DNA of 52,490 nucleotides, taken from IMG/VR virus record IMGVR_UViG_3300036785_000427, positions 1 through 52,490 of that record, one strand, 5' to 3'. This stretch comes from a virus. Taxonomy: Duplodnaviria > Caudoviricetes. Made by a program: the position numbers and the translations under genes. Below, piece after piece: positions 1-9,054 of the stretch (its first letter is position 1; each line of letters starts with the position of its first letter). Below the pieces are notes generated by a model that was given only the letters and a program-made list of their open reading frames with translations, was not told the origin of the DNA and made no database searches.

Positions 1-1
1 G

Positions 2-100
2 GCAATGGTAGCTCTCAAGCGGATCGCCCTTAGAAACAGCACTCCCAACGCTGGGAAGTGGGCAGCACAGATGGCAATGGAGCTAGAAAAATGCATGTAA
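2..100 (+). CDS. C-terminal fragment of an upstream gene cut by window edge
   Basis: Frame 2 is open from the edge (AMVALKRIALRNSTPNAGKWAAQMAMELEKCM*) and its stop overlaps the next start. Confidence 0.5.
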   Translation, partial: AMVALKRIALRNSTPNAGKWAAQMAMELEKCM

Positions 101-786
101 TCATTCTAGCTGCCGGTAAAAGTAAACGGTTTCAGGAAGAAGGATATACGATTCCTAAGCCATGTTTAAATATAGAATGGCGTGGGAGAATAGCATGGAT
201 GGTATATCATGTATTTTTTACAATTCCAGTCGAGTTTAGTTCAATAACAATCGCAATTCCACCAGGAACTACAAATGATCCAAAAGATATACATTTTAGT
301 GTTTCAGATACCAAAGGTCCAGCAGAAACCGCTATGCAAGTCATTAATAAGGTAGAACCAGATTCTTGTTTAATATTAGATAGTGATATATTAAATTTCA
401 CAAATGATCTGCGTGTGCTCACTAATACTACTGACATTGGAGTATTAGTGAACTCCAGTGCTAATCCAGCTTTTTCTTATGTAGATAGCTTAAACAATTT
501 CACTAGTATCCGAGAAAAGCAGCGTATTTCACCTTATGCTGTTCGTGGAGCATATTTTGTTTCAAAAAAGGCAATGAAAAAATTCCGATTTGCTTTAGAA
601 AATGTAGTGAAAAGCCAGCGAGAGCCATTTATCAGTCATGCTATTGATTTGATGGATTGTACCAAGTACGCATTGGAAACTACATATGATCCTATAGACT
701 GGGGTACCCCGCGTGATATAAAACTAAGTGGAGCAAAAATCGTAACCGAAAAGGGGGAAGAAAATGTACGTGATCCACGCAGCTAA
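91..786 (+). CDS. Sugar-phosphate nucleotidyltransferase (NTP_transferase / GT-A fold)
   Basis: N-terminal VIILAAGKSKRF..GY..PKP motif, TKGPAETA, ILDSD, DWGTP; ATG at 91 with upstream GGAG. Confidence 0.85.
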   Translation: MHVIILAAGKSKRFQEEGYTIPKPCLNIEWRGRIAWMVYHVFFTIPVEFSSITIAIPPGTTNDPKDIHFSVSDTKGPAETAMQVINKVEPDSCLILDSDILNFTNDLRVLTNTTDIGVLVNSSANPAFSYVDSLNNFTSIREKQRISPYAVRGAYFVSKKAMKKFRFALENVVKSQREPFISHAIDLMDCTKYALETTYDPIDWGTPRDIKLSGAKIVTEKGEENVRDPRS

Positions 787-1780
787 TGTTCGAGACGCCC
801 TTCCCAAAGCATTACGATATATTCTACATACGGGAGAAAAAGAAAAGACCAGAAATGGTGATGCTTGGGTCTGTCAAATACCAGTCACCATCCGTTATGA
901 ATTTCCTAAACAACATGTCTTAATAAATCATATAAGAGACGCCAATCCATTCTTCCATTTAATGGAAGCCATGTGGATGCTTGCCGGTAGGGACGATGGG
1001 GAATTTCTTGATTTTTATGTCAAGGACTTCAGCAAGTTATATGGAAATTATGGTAGAATCATGGACGCATATGGCTATAGATGGAAATATGGTCTGGGCC
1101 ATGGTAATCAACTGACTGAGATTATTCAACAATTGCGGAGAACTCCCAATACCCGGCAAGCTGTTCTCCAAATGTGGGGAGCTGGTAGAGAAGATCTTTT
1201 TACAGAAACAGCAAAGCCATGTAATCTCGTCGTTACATTCCGTATCCAGAATAATGGATTACAGATGACTGTATTTAATAGATCAAATGATTTAATTTGG
1301 GGATGTTGTGGTGCAAATGCAGTGCATTTTCCAATTATGCAGGAATATGTGGCAAGTATGCTTGGAATAGGAGTAGGAGTGTATTGGCAGATTTCAACTA
1401 ATCTGCATCTCTATATAGATCATCTAAGCATGCTGCAAAAGCGCATCCGACCAAGTGAAGATCTATATGTTGCTTTGAGAAACACATTTGACTATGAAGG
1501 AACACAATCTTTGATTGAATATCCTGAAACATTTGATGAAGAATTACAAGAAACTATGGCGTGGGTAGATAAGATACATGGTAATGGAGAGATCTATAGT
1601 GGAAATATTTCTAATTCGTTTCTTGGGCAAGTGGTTCTTCCGATGGCTCAAGCTCATTATCTATATAAGAAAAAGGAAATTGCGGGAGCTCTTGAAGTAA
1701 TGGAAAAAGTTATTGCAGAAGATTGGCGAAAAGCTGGAACAGAATGGATAAAAAGGAGATCGTATGATAAATCGCAATGA
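764..1780 (+). CDS. Thymidylate synthase family enzyme, probable dUMP hydroxymethylase
   Basis: TRNG, RDANPFFHLMEAMWMLAGR, AYGYRW, TRQAVLQMW, catalytic PCN, NRSNDLIWG..GAN (Asn = dUMP specificity), NLHLY; resembles YuA/M6-type enzymes. Confidence 0.85.
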   Translation: MYVIHAANVRDALPKALRYILHTGEKEKTRNGDAWVCQIPVTIRYEFPKQHVLINHIRDANPFFHLMEAMWMLAGRDDGEFLDFYVKDFSKLYGNYGRIMDAYGYRWKYGLGHGNQLTEIIQQLRRTPNTRQAVLQMWGAGREDLFTETAKPCNLVVTFRIQNNGLQMTVFNRSNDLIWGCCGANAVHFPIMQEYVASMLGIGVGVYWQISTNLHLYIDHLSMLQKRIRPSEDLYVALRNTFDYEGTQSLIEYPETFDEELQETMAWVDKIHGNGEIYSGNISNSFLGQVVLPMAQAHYLYKKKEIAGALEVMEKVIAEDWRKAGTEWIKRRSYDKSQ

Positions 1781-2282
1781 CATACACAGTTCACGATATC
1801 TAGCCGGTTGTGTCAAGCGATACTCGACTTGGCCTATGTTGAAAGAACAAACGGTCGGTCATCATTGCTGGCGCGTCGCTTGTATATTTATAGAAGTGTT
1901 TGGACTTCCTCGTGCAGAAGTACTCTATTATTGTCTACATCACGATAGTGGTGAACTATATGCGGGAGACATTCCATTTGGTGTTAAGAAATCCGTACCA
2001 GGACTGAAAGAGTCAATGGACAAGGCAGAATCCATCGGCCTAAAGCATCTCGAGATTAAACTTCCAGAACTAGCAAATGAAGAACTAATAAAAGTCAAAA
2101 TATGCGATCTTTTAGAAATGCATGAAACAGGAGAACACGAGTTGAACATGGGGAACAAATATGCGTTCCCAATAATACAGGATGCACTGCGGACAGCACA
2201 GCAGTTAGCGAAGGAATCATACATGTCAGACCATGTCAACGATTGGCTCAGCAAAAGAGGGAGTTCTATATATGTCCGCTAA
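1764..2282 (+). CDS. HD-domain 5'-deoxynucleotidase (YfbR-like)
   Basis: VKRY...QTVGHH, LHHDSGELYAGDIP, VKICDLLE motifs. Confidence 0.85.
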   Translation: MINRNDIHSSRYLAGCVKRYSTWPMLKEQTVGHHCWRVACIFIEVFGLPRAEVLYYCLHHDSGELYAGDIPFGVKKSVPGLKESMDKAESIGLKHLEIKLPELANEELIKVKICDLLEMHETGEHELNMGNKYAFPIIQDALRTAQQLAKESYMSDHVNDWLSKRGSSIYVR

Positions 2283-2730
2283 TGAAAAACAGGTGGGAGG
2301 AAAACACTATAAATCCGGATATGAGCATTGGGATCTCGCTATAGCTATTCCACTTGGTTATTTGGAAGGAACTACGACCAAATACATTTCCAGATGGCGC
2401 AAGAAAGGTGGTATGCAAGACTTAGAGAAGGCTCTACATTACTTGGACAAGTTGATAGAGGTTACGTTCTATAATGTTAACCGTGTGCTTGGACGATTAG
2501 AAATTAAGGTAGAAGTAAATCGATTCGCGCACATAAACAATCTATCAATTTTAGAAGAAGAATATATTTTCATGCTCTGTACTTACGAAACACGAATTGA
2601 TCTTGAAACTGCTAGACTTACACTTCTGGATATGATAGAAGGGGAAGAACTTAGGAGAAATAGCTTGATAAGACCAGAACCAAATTATCCAGGAACCCCT
2701 GAAGATGGAGGTCATCACGCCCAAGAATAG
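2272..2730 (+). CDS. DUF3310 family protein (T7 gp1.7-like nucleotide kinase)
   Basis: QVGGKHYK...GYLEG..KYISRWRKKGG..DLEKA.HYL; ATG 2272 follows GAGGGAG. Confidence 0.8.
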   Translation: MSANEKQVGGKHYKSGYEHWDLAIAIPLGYLEGTTTKYISRWRKKGGMQDLEKALHYLDKLIEVTFYNVNRVLGRLEIKVEVNRFAHINNLSILEEEYIFMLCTYETRIDLETARLTLLDMIEGEELRRNSLIRPEPNYPGTPEDGGHHAQE

Positions 2731-2759
2731 GGGGGTGGGTACAGCCCTAGCTGGCCATA

Positions 2760-2792
2760 TGTTAAGCGGCTTACGCAGGGTCCTGAGTGGCA
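2760..2792. repeat. 33-bp intergenic repeat, copy 1 (palindromic core TAAGC-G-GCTTA)
   Basis: TGTTAAGCGGCTTACGCA is identical to 9227-9244; the following 15 nt match at 11 positions. Confidence 0.85.
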
Positions 2793-2817
2793 GGGAACGA
2801 TCATCTAGGGTGCACAA

Positions 2818-4839
2818 ATGGTAGCGCGCAAACAGCCAGTTTTTGATCAATTCCTTCTGCCTTATCAGCACCTAGAAAGCAGTTGGAAACTGCCGGTTGA
2901 GCTGCCAGATCTCTCCCAAGAGACAGAAATCGCAATTGATACTGAAACTTTTGATCCTGGCTTAAAGGAAAATAAAGGACCTGGGTTTTTTAAATGTGAT
3001 AAGAATAATCCTCGTACAGGATATGTCTGCGGTATATCATGTGCATGGAGAGACAAGGCAATCTATATTCCACTATGGCATCACCATAAAGCTTATTTTG
3101 ATCGCAGTCTAGTACAACGATGGCTCAAGTCTTTAGCAGCACAAAATCACACCCGTTTTATATTCCATAACTTTCAGTATGACTGGGGATGGCTTCAAGC
3201 CATATTCGAAGTTCCACCACCAGCTTTGATAGATGATGTTCAGGCAATGTCATCTATGATAAATGAAAATCTTCCTTCATTTTCACTAGACAATCTTTGT
3301 AAGTGGAAAGGACTTCCTGGCAAAGATGAACGATTATTGAAAGAATATGCAGGTTCTTATAGAGTAAAAGAGAATGAAGTCAAATCGTTTATGTACGAAT
3401 ACCCGGCTGAATATGTTGGTCCTTACGCAGAACAAGATGCTATGAGTACACTGCAACTTGCTCATGTTATGCGTCCATTACTTACAGAAGAGAATTTGGA
3501 TGCTGCATATCAAACTGAACGAGACTTGATGCCAATAACTCTAAAAATGAAACAAAGAGGAATACGAGTAGATAAACGCAAAGCAGAAGGAGTGTCAGGC
3601 AGAATTAAAGAACAGCGTGATAACATGCTGTATGATCTTAGCAGTTCAACAGGAGAAAGAGTCACAATAAAAGATATAAGATCTAATCATTGGTTAAAAC
3701 ATCAATTTGATAAACGGGACTTAGTCTATCCTAAAACTTCACCAACTGAAAACTACTCGGAAGGTCAGGCAAGCTTTGAAAAAGGATTCATGGCAAATCA
3801 CCAACATTGGTTCCCCCGTACAGTGCATAAGATTAAAAGCTTAACAGATTTGGCTGACAGGTTCTTGGAAAAATTTATCTTAGATTATGCTCATAAGAGT
3901 AGAGTATTTCCTACAGTTAACCAATTTCGAAATGAAGGTGGAGGTGCACGTAGTCATAGATTCAGCTACAGTGATCCACCACTCCAACAAATGCCTAGCC
4001 GGGATGATGAAACCGCACCTCTTATTCGTTCATGCTTTTTACCAGAAGACGGTGAACTGTGGTGCAGCATCGATTATCAACAACAAGAATATAGGCTCAT
4101 TGTATTCGTAGCAGAGCTACTAAGAGCACGTGGAGCAAAACGTGCTGCTGATATGTATAGAAATGATCCTAAAACAGATTTCCATAACTATGTTATGAAC
4201 ATAACTAAGATACCGCGCAGACGCGCTAAGGACGTAAATTTTGCAAAGAGTTATGGAGCTGGAGTAGCGAAGTTTGCCTTAATGACTGGTATGAGTGAGG
4301 AAGAAGCTAAAAAGACTATAGATCAATATGATGAAGAATTGCCGTTTGTCCGTGAAGCATCTAGTCATTACGCTAGATATGCAGCTAAAAACGGGTACAT
4401 TAAACTGATAGATGGAGCACGAAACCACTTTAATCTTTGGGAACCAATGTATCGTGATTTTGCTAGAGAATGGGAATTTAAACATGCGAACAGAAACATA
4501 GACACACTGCCATGTTCTGAAGAAGAAGTAAACCGTCGTAAGGATGATCCTAAGCATCCTTGGTATGGGGAAAAGATGAAAAGAGCCTATACTCATAAAG
4601 CATTTAACAGAATGATCCAAGGGAGTGCAGCTCGACAGACAAAGAAAGCAATGGTAGAAATCTATAAAGCTGGATTCCAACCCATATTACAAGTCCATGA
4701 TGAACTATGCTTTAGCATTAAGAATAATGATGAAGCAAGAGCTTGTGCTAAGATAATGGAGGATTGTTGTCCTGTTATTACTCTGCCCATGTTAACAGAT
4801 ATTAAGATTGGACCAAATTGGGGTCAGTTGAAAAAATAA
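2818..4839 (+). CDS. Family A DNA polymerase with 3'-5' exonuclease domain
   Basis: Exo motifs IDTET, FHNFQYD, YAEQDA; pol motifs SIDYQQQEYR, RRRAKDVNFAKSYG, IQGSAA, QVHDEL. Confidence 0.96.
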   Translation: MVARKQPVFDQFLLPYQHLESSWKLPVELPDLSQETEIAIDTETFDPGLKENKGPGFFKCDKNNPRTGYVCGISCAWRDKAIYIPLWHHHKAYFDRSLVQRWLKSLAAQNHTRFIFHNFQYDWGWLQAIFEVPPPALIDDVQAMSSMINENLPSFSLDNLCKWKGLPGKDERLLKEYAGSYRVKENEVKSFMYEYPAEYVGPYAEQDAMSTLQLAHVMRPLLTEENLDAAYQTERDLMPITLKMKQRGIRVDKRKAEGVSGRIKEQRDNMLYDLSSSTGERVTIKDIRSNHWLKHQFDKRDLVYPKTSPTENYSEGQASFEKGFMANHQHWFPRTVHKIKSLTDLADRFLEKFILDYAHKSRVFPTVNQFRNEGGGARSHRFSYSDPPLQQMPSRDDETAPLIRSCFLPEDGELWCSIDYQQQEYRLIVFVAELLRARGAKRAADMYRNDPKTDFHNYVMNITKIPRRRAKDVNFAKSYGAGVAKFALMTGMSEEEAKKTIDQYDEELPFVREASSHYARYAAKNGYIKLIDGARNHFNLWEPMYRDFAREWEFKHANRNIDTLPCSEEEVNRRKDDPKHPWYGEKMKRAYTHKAFNRMIQGSAARQTKKAMVEIYKAGFQPILQVHDELCFSIKNNDEARACAKIMEDCCPVITLPMLTDIKIGPNWGQLKK

Positions 4840-4847
4840 TTTTCTTT

Positions 4848-4886
4848 CATGGGTTGCCTTCTTTCATTTGCCGTGTTATGTAAAAT
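4848..4886 (+). promoter_or_regulatory. Putative promoter (CATGG.TT ... GTG.TA motif, copy 1)
   Basis: TTGCCT-N17-TATGTA with extended TG; resembles 6444-6480 and 8312-8348. Confidence 0.55.
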
Positions 4887-4910
4887 ATTCAACAGAAGGG
4901 AGAAAATTCT

Positions 4911-5306
4911 ATGTCTACACCAGTTGTTCCTACCCCTGTTCCCGCTGGTGCGAAACCAGCAGCAGTGAAAAAGGAGCCCGCAGCTCCCAAGACTCCAAAG
5001 CCCAAGAAGGAAGGGGCCGTTGCACGTCCTCGTCTTCCCAAGTATCCTGATGAACACGTTATCACCGTGTTCAAGGAGAATGCGAAGGCGCGTGGAGCAG
5101 CAGATCGTTTCAAGCGGTATCACACCGGCATGACGGTTAAGCAGTATGTCGAAAAGATTACTGCAGATTTCCAGCGCACAGAAGGCCAGACTTTTGCTGA
5201 TATGCGTTGGGATGAAGACCACAAGTTCATCCACATTGGTCCCACGGTGGTTCCTGTCCCGGTGGCTTCACCCGCTCCTGCAACTCCGGCTCAGGCTTCT
5301 GCCTAA
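4911..5306 (+). CDS. Small basic Pro/Ala/Lys-rich protein, possible DNA-binding protein
   Basis: Strong RBS (AAGGGAG), own putative promoter and terminator, K/P/A-rich N-tail plus compact domain. Confidence 0.7.
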   Translation: MSTPVVPTPVPAGAKPAAVKKEPAAPKTPKPKKEGAVARPRLPKYPDEHVITVFKENAKARGAADRFKRYHTGMTVKQYVEKITADFQRTEGQTFADMRWDEDHKFIHIGPTVVPVPVASPAPATPAQASA

Positions 5307-5323
5307 GATACCAGGACTACTTT

Positions 5324-5352
5324 AGACCCCGCTTCGGCGGGGTCTCCTTTTA
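5324..5352 (+). terminator. Rho-independent terminator
   Basis: AGACCCCGC-TTCG-GCGGGGTCT 9-bp stem with UUCG loop followed by CCTTTTA. Confidence 0.8.
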
Positions 5353-5356
5353 TCTT

Positions 5357-6043
5357 ATGAATCTAATAGTTTTAGATACTGAAACATCTGATTTAGATCC
5401 AGACAAAGGAGCTAGTCTATTAGAACTGGCTTGGATCAAATTAGAACACAATGGTCAGTTATGGGAACAGATTTCTACGGCCGAAAATTATATCATATAT
5501 GATGGTCCTATTTCTCCACATGCTCAAGCTCTTCACCATATCCGTTCTGACATGCTTACTAAGGAAAAGGGAGCTATTTTTAGACACGAAGCAATTACAA
5601 ATCTAATCAATCACATAAGATCAGATACATTCATAGTTGCGCATAATTCCGCATTTGATTCAAAATTTATTCCAGAAATTACTGCACCATGGATCTGTAC
5701 TTTTAGAGCCGCAAAACACATCTGGCCCCATGCCCCCGGCTACTCTAATCAAGTTCTACGTTATTGGCTAAAAATTGATCCATGTGTGCAGGATAGATAC
5801 CCACATCAAGCTCTATACGATGTCACTACAACTGTCAGTATTCTGCTAAAAATGCTAGAGCAATATTCTCCAGAGCAATTATTGCACTTTTCTAGAACAC
5901 CGGTCCGATTAAAGAATATTGGATTTGGAAAACACCGGGGATCATCATTCGACCAGATTCCTCGTGACTATTTATTATGGTTACGATCACAAACTGGTTT
6001 GGATGAAGATCTTAGGCACACACTAGATTCTATCTTAAAATGA
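5357..6043 (+). CDS. DEDDh 3'-5' exonuclease (exodeoxyribonuclease X-like)
   Basis: VLDTETS, VAHNSAFD, WICT, HQALYDV; C-terminal FGKHRG..F..IP.DYL.WL module. Confidence 0.9.
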   Translation: MNLIVLDTETSDLDPDKGASLLELAWIKLEHNGQLWEQISTAENYIIYDGPISPHAQALHHIRSDMLTKEKGAIFRHEAITNLINHIRSDTFIVAHNSAFDSKFIPEITAPWICTFRAAKHIWPHAPGYSNQVLRYWLKIDPCVQDRYPHQALYDVTTTVSILLKMLEQYSPEQLLHFSRTPVRLKNIGFGKHRGSSFDQIPRDYLLWLRSQTGLDEDLRHTLDSILK

Positions 6044-6462
6044 AAGACGGTGGTTTAAGATCTATATTTCGAATTAAACTTGCAGGATACCAGTGGACAT
6101 CTGTAGAAACCGCTGGCACAATTAGCGGAGTCCCAGATTCAGAATTCTGCACTCCTCATGGAATTCAAGGTTGGGTTGAATTCAAGCAGACTAAAGTATT
6201 CTATGTAGAGATTAACCCGTTCCAGGTTGCATGGCTCATGCGCCGTTGCCGGATGGGTGGAAATGCTTGGATTGCTGTGCGACGCACGCCAACAGCTAAG
6301 AAATACGATGGAGCTGATGAACTGTGGTTGATGCGTGGTGATCAGGCTCAAGCTTTATTTGATAGTGGATTAAGAAATACCTCTGCATGGTGTTGGGATG
6401 GAGGGGAAAGCAACTGGAATTTTCAAGAGATTCATAATATATTGCATGGGTTGGCTTCTTAA
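6040..6462 (+). CDS. PD-(D/E)XK nuclease (VRR-NUC / Holliday junction resolvase-like)
   Basis: SGVPD...GWVEFK...PFQVAWL....GG.AWI. Confidence 0.8.
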   Translation: MKDGGLRSIFRIKLAGYQWTSVETAGTISGVPDSEFCTPHGIQGWVEFKQTKVFYVEINPFQVAWLMRRCRMGGNAWIAVRRTPTAKKYDGADELWLMRGDQAQALFDSGLRNTSAWCWDGGESNWNFQEIHNILHGLAS

Positions 6463-6480
6463 GCTAGACTGTGTTATATT
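6444..6480 (+). promoter_or_regulatory. Putative promoter (copy 2)
   Basis: TTGGCT-N18-TATATT with extended TG, upstream of AAGGAGG RBS. Confidence 0.55.
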
Positions 6481-6502
6481 TTACAGGTAAAAGGAGGATA
6501 AA

Positions 6503-6760
6503 ATGAATCCTAATGATCTAATGGAATTATTGTTCATTGCTGCCAATGCAAGAACAGAAGAAGAAAAAGCTCGCGTTGCATGGCGTACAAATGATTATAT
6601 ATGGACAAATACACCACACACATTTTCTATAGGATTTTGCAGAACCTTCAATAATCTTTGCCAGGATCAAAAATGGCCTTGGATTAACGATCTCTGGTCT
6701 AAAGAAGAAATAAAATTAATGAAAGAAGAAATGAAAAAGACATATGGATCCGCACTATAA
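6503..6760 (+). CDS. Hypothetical protein
   Basis: ORF with strong AAGGAGG RBS, overlapping the helicase start. Confidence 0.7.
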   Translation: MNPNDLMELLFIAANARTEEEKARVAWRTNDYIWTNTPHTFSIGFCRTFNNLCQDQKWPWINDLWSKEEIKLMKEEMKKTYGSAL

Positions 6761-8303
6761 GCACCAAGAAACTGCTGCAAAACTATTGTGGGACAATGAT
6801 GTCTTTGCTCTTATTATGGAACAAGGAACCGGTAAGTCACGGCCAGTGTTAGATGATTGGATGGCACGAACTTATAACTATCAGAAATATGGTGTTGATC
6901 CAGATCCAGCAAACAGAAACCTTGATGGATCAGATTATCACATAATGGATGCTATAGCAATGGATCTTGTTATCCTTGCTCCAAAAGGCTGTTATATGAA
7001 TTGGATAGGTACGGAAGAAGAACCTGGGGAACTCACCAAATGGATTCCGTCTGATAAGTTAAAGGATATTCATATTGGTGCATGGAGAAGTGGAGCTAAC
7101 AAGACACAACGGCAAGCCTTGAATAATTTGCTTCATGCTTATAGTCCACGGTTCTTAGCGATGAACGTAGAGGCCCTTAACCGGGATGGTGAGGCTCGGG
7201 AATATCTTCTTAAATTTATTGATGGACATAATGTTATAGGAGTTATTGATGAGTCCACAACAATCTGCCATGAGAATGCAGCACGGACTAAATTTATCTT
7301 AGATACATTATCAGAAAAATTCAGAGTTCGTCGCATTCTTACCGGATTGGTAGCACCGGAAAGTCCTATGGATCTTTATACTCAATACTGTTATTTAGAT
7401 TGGAGGATTATAGGGCAGAAATCATTCTGGGGATTTAAGAACCGATATGCGATTCTACAACAGATAGATTTCCGTCGTACTTCCCAGCGACTTGAAGATA
7501 GTGCAAATAAGAAGTTTTATAGGAGACCTTCTGTTGTAGTTGCCTATCGCAATATAGAAGAACTTAATCAGAAGATAATGAAATCTAGTTACAGGGTCCT
7601 TAAAGAGGATGTACTAGATCTCCTACCTAAGATCTATCAATTTTGGGATATTGATCTTACTGAAGAACAGGAACCTGTTTATAATCAGATGCGTGATGTT
7701 GCCATGGCTCAATTGGCCAGTGGTGACTTCACAACAGCAACTATGAAATTAGATCAGCTAGGAAAGCTTCAGCATATTCTATGTGGGCATGTCCGAAAAG
7801 AAACTGGTGAAATCGAAGATATTCCAGAAAATCGAACCGATGCTGTTGTGGAAATACTTCATAATCATGCTGGTAAGGCTATCATCTGGGCTCCTTATCC
7901 TCGTGCATTAAGAAAAATTCGGGACCGACTTCAAGATGAATTCGGTCCCGACAGTACGGTAGGCTTCTGGGGAGAAACTAAACTAGAAGAGCGCTTAGAG
8001 GCACGATCACGTATTCAGAATGATGATACTTGTAGATTCATTGTAAGTAACCAGAGTGTTGGTAAGTTCGGAAATACCTGGACCGCCTGTAATCTGGTCA
8101 TTTACTATGCGAACTCTTTCGATAACGAGGACAGACAACAGAGCGAAGATCGGGCACATAGAATTGGCCAGACTAGATCTGTAACATATATCGATCTTCG
8201 AGCTAAAGGAACAATTGATGAAAAATTAATTCAAACACTCCGAAAGAAGATAAATATCAGTTCTACTCTAGTAGGAGATGCGTTTAGATCCTGGTTAATA
8301 TAA
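6744..8303 (+). CDS. SNF2-family (SF2) helicase
   Basis: Walker A MEQGTGKS, VIDEST, LTG...ESP.DLY.Q, QSEDRAHRIGQ. Confidence 0.93.
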   Translation: MDPHYKHQETAAKLLWDNDVFALIMEQGTGKSRPVLDDWMARTYNYQKYGVDPDPANRNLDGSDYHIMDAIAMDLVILAPKGCYMNWIGTEEEPGELTKWIPSDKLKDIHIGAWRSGANKTQRQALNNLLHAYSPRFLAMNVEALNRDGEAREYLLKFIDGHNVIGVIDESTTICHENAARTKFILDTLSEKFRVRRILTGLVAPESPMDLYTQYCYLDWRIIGQKSFWGFKNRYAILQQIDFRRTSQRLEDSANKKFYRRPSVVVAYRNIEELNQKIMKSSYRVLKEDVLDLLPKIYQFWDIDLTEEQEPVYNQMRDVAMAQLASGDFTTATMKLDQLGKLQHILCGHVRKETGEIEDIPENRTDAVVEILHNHAGKAIIWAPYPRALRKIRDRLQDEFGPDSTVGFWGETKLEERLEARSRIQNDDTCRFIVSNQSVGKFGNTWTACNLVIYYANSFDNEDRQQSEDRAHRIGQTRSVTYIDLRAKGTIDEKLIQTLRKKINISSTLVGDAFRSWLI

Positions 8304-8311
8304 AAAAGAAA

Positions 8312-8348
8312 GCATGGATTTTTATGGTGTGGTACACTGTGGTAGCAT
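8312..8348 (+). promoter_or_regulatory. Putative extended -10 promoter (copy 3)
   Basis: GCATGG.TT...G.TA.ACTGTG.TA...T aligns without gaps to 6444-6480. Confidence 0.45.
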
Positions 8349-8370
8349 AGTAATAGAGTGAGTATAAGTC

Positions 8371-8586
8371 ATGGTAAGTTTAGACACATGGCCGTATCGT
8401 AGATACGGTCGCAAACATGGGACCGAACCAAGAGAACCTAGTAAGATCATGAAGATCATACGTTTAAGAGATATAGAAAATATGCGCTGGCGACAAATAG
8501 GAGAACAGATGGGAATGAGCCATCAAGGCCCATATCTACTCTATAAACGATGGCGAGACTGGGCGTACAGTTCCCAAGGAGAATAA
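8371..8586 (+). CDS. Small helix-turn-helix protein
   Basis: IIRLRDIENMRWRQIGEQMGMSHQGPYLLYKRW fits an HTH pattern. Confidence 0.65.
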   Translation: MVSLDTWPYRRYGRKHGTEPREPSKIMKIIRLRDIENMRWRQIGEQMGMSHQGPYLLYKRWRDWAYSSQGE

Positions 8587-8588
8587 TT

Positions 8589-9050
8589 ATGGAACCGCGC
8601 GAATTTGTAGACAAAGAGTTACAGATAATTGGAATAATGTTCAAGACACAAAAAGAAATTTATCCCATGGTAGTTTTGATAAAGGACAATGAACGATTTC
8701 AAATACCATTTTCTTATAAGAATGCTGCTCACAAAGAAATTGTGAGCCAAGGAATAAAAGATCTTGTTAAGAAATCAGAACCGGACGTTGTTGTCTTTAT
8801 GGCAGAAGCATGGTCGAAAATTATTAAGGATAAATTAGATCGGATACCACTTGGGATTTCTCCCAATGATCCCGATAAACATGAAATTTTAATTGTCCAG
8901 ATAGAATTTCAGTCAGGAGAAAAATTTTCGGCTGAGGCTCAAATTATTAGGGAAGGACAAGAAACTCATCTAGCCCCATTCATGTATGCTGATTCGAGTA
9001 TGAGTATGGGGGGATTTATGGACTTTTTCCCTATAAAACGGGTGAATTAA
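8589..9050 (+). CDS. Hypothetical protein
   Basis: ATG 8589 after AAGGAG; last gene of the + arm. Confidence 0.7.
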   Translation: MEPREFVDKELQIIGIMFKTQKEIYPMVVLIKDNERFQIPFSYKNAAHKEIVSQGIKDLVKKSEPDVVVFMAEAWSKIIKDKLDRIPLGISPNDPDKHEILIVQIEFQSGEKFSAEAQIIREGQETHLAPFMYADSSMSMGGFMDFFPIKRVN

Positions 9051-9054
9051 GCTT

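Noticed and set aside
764-1780. dCMP hydroxymethylase (T4 gp42-like)
   Set aside because: Specificity position appears to be Asn, not Asp
1764-2282. DatZ-like HD enzyme suggesting a 2-aminoadenine (Z) genome
   Set aside because: No PurZ in the window; context is a dUMP-type TS homolog
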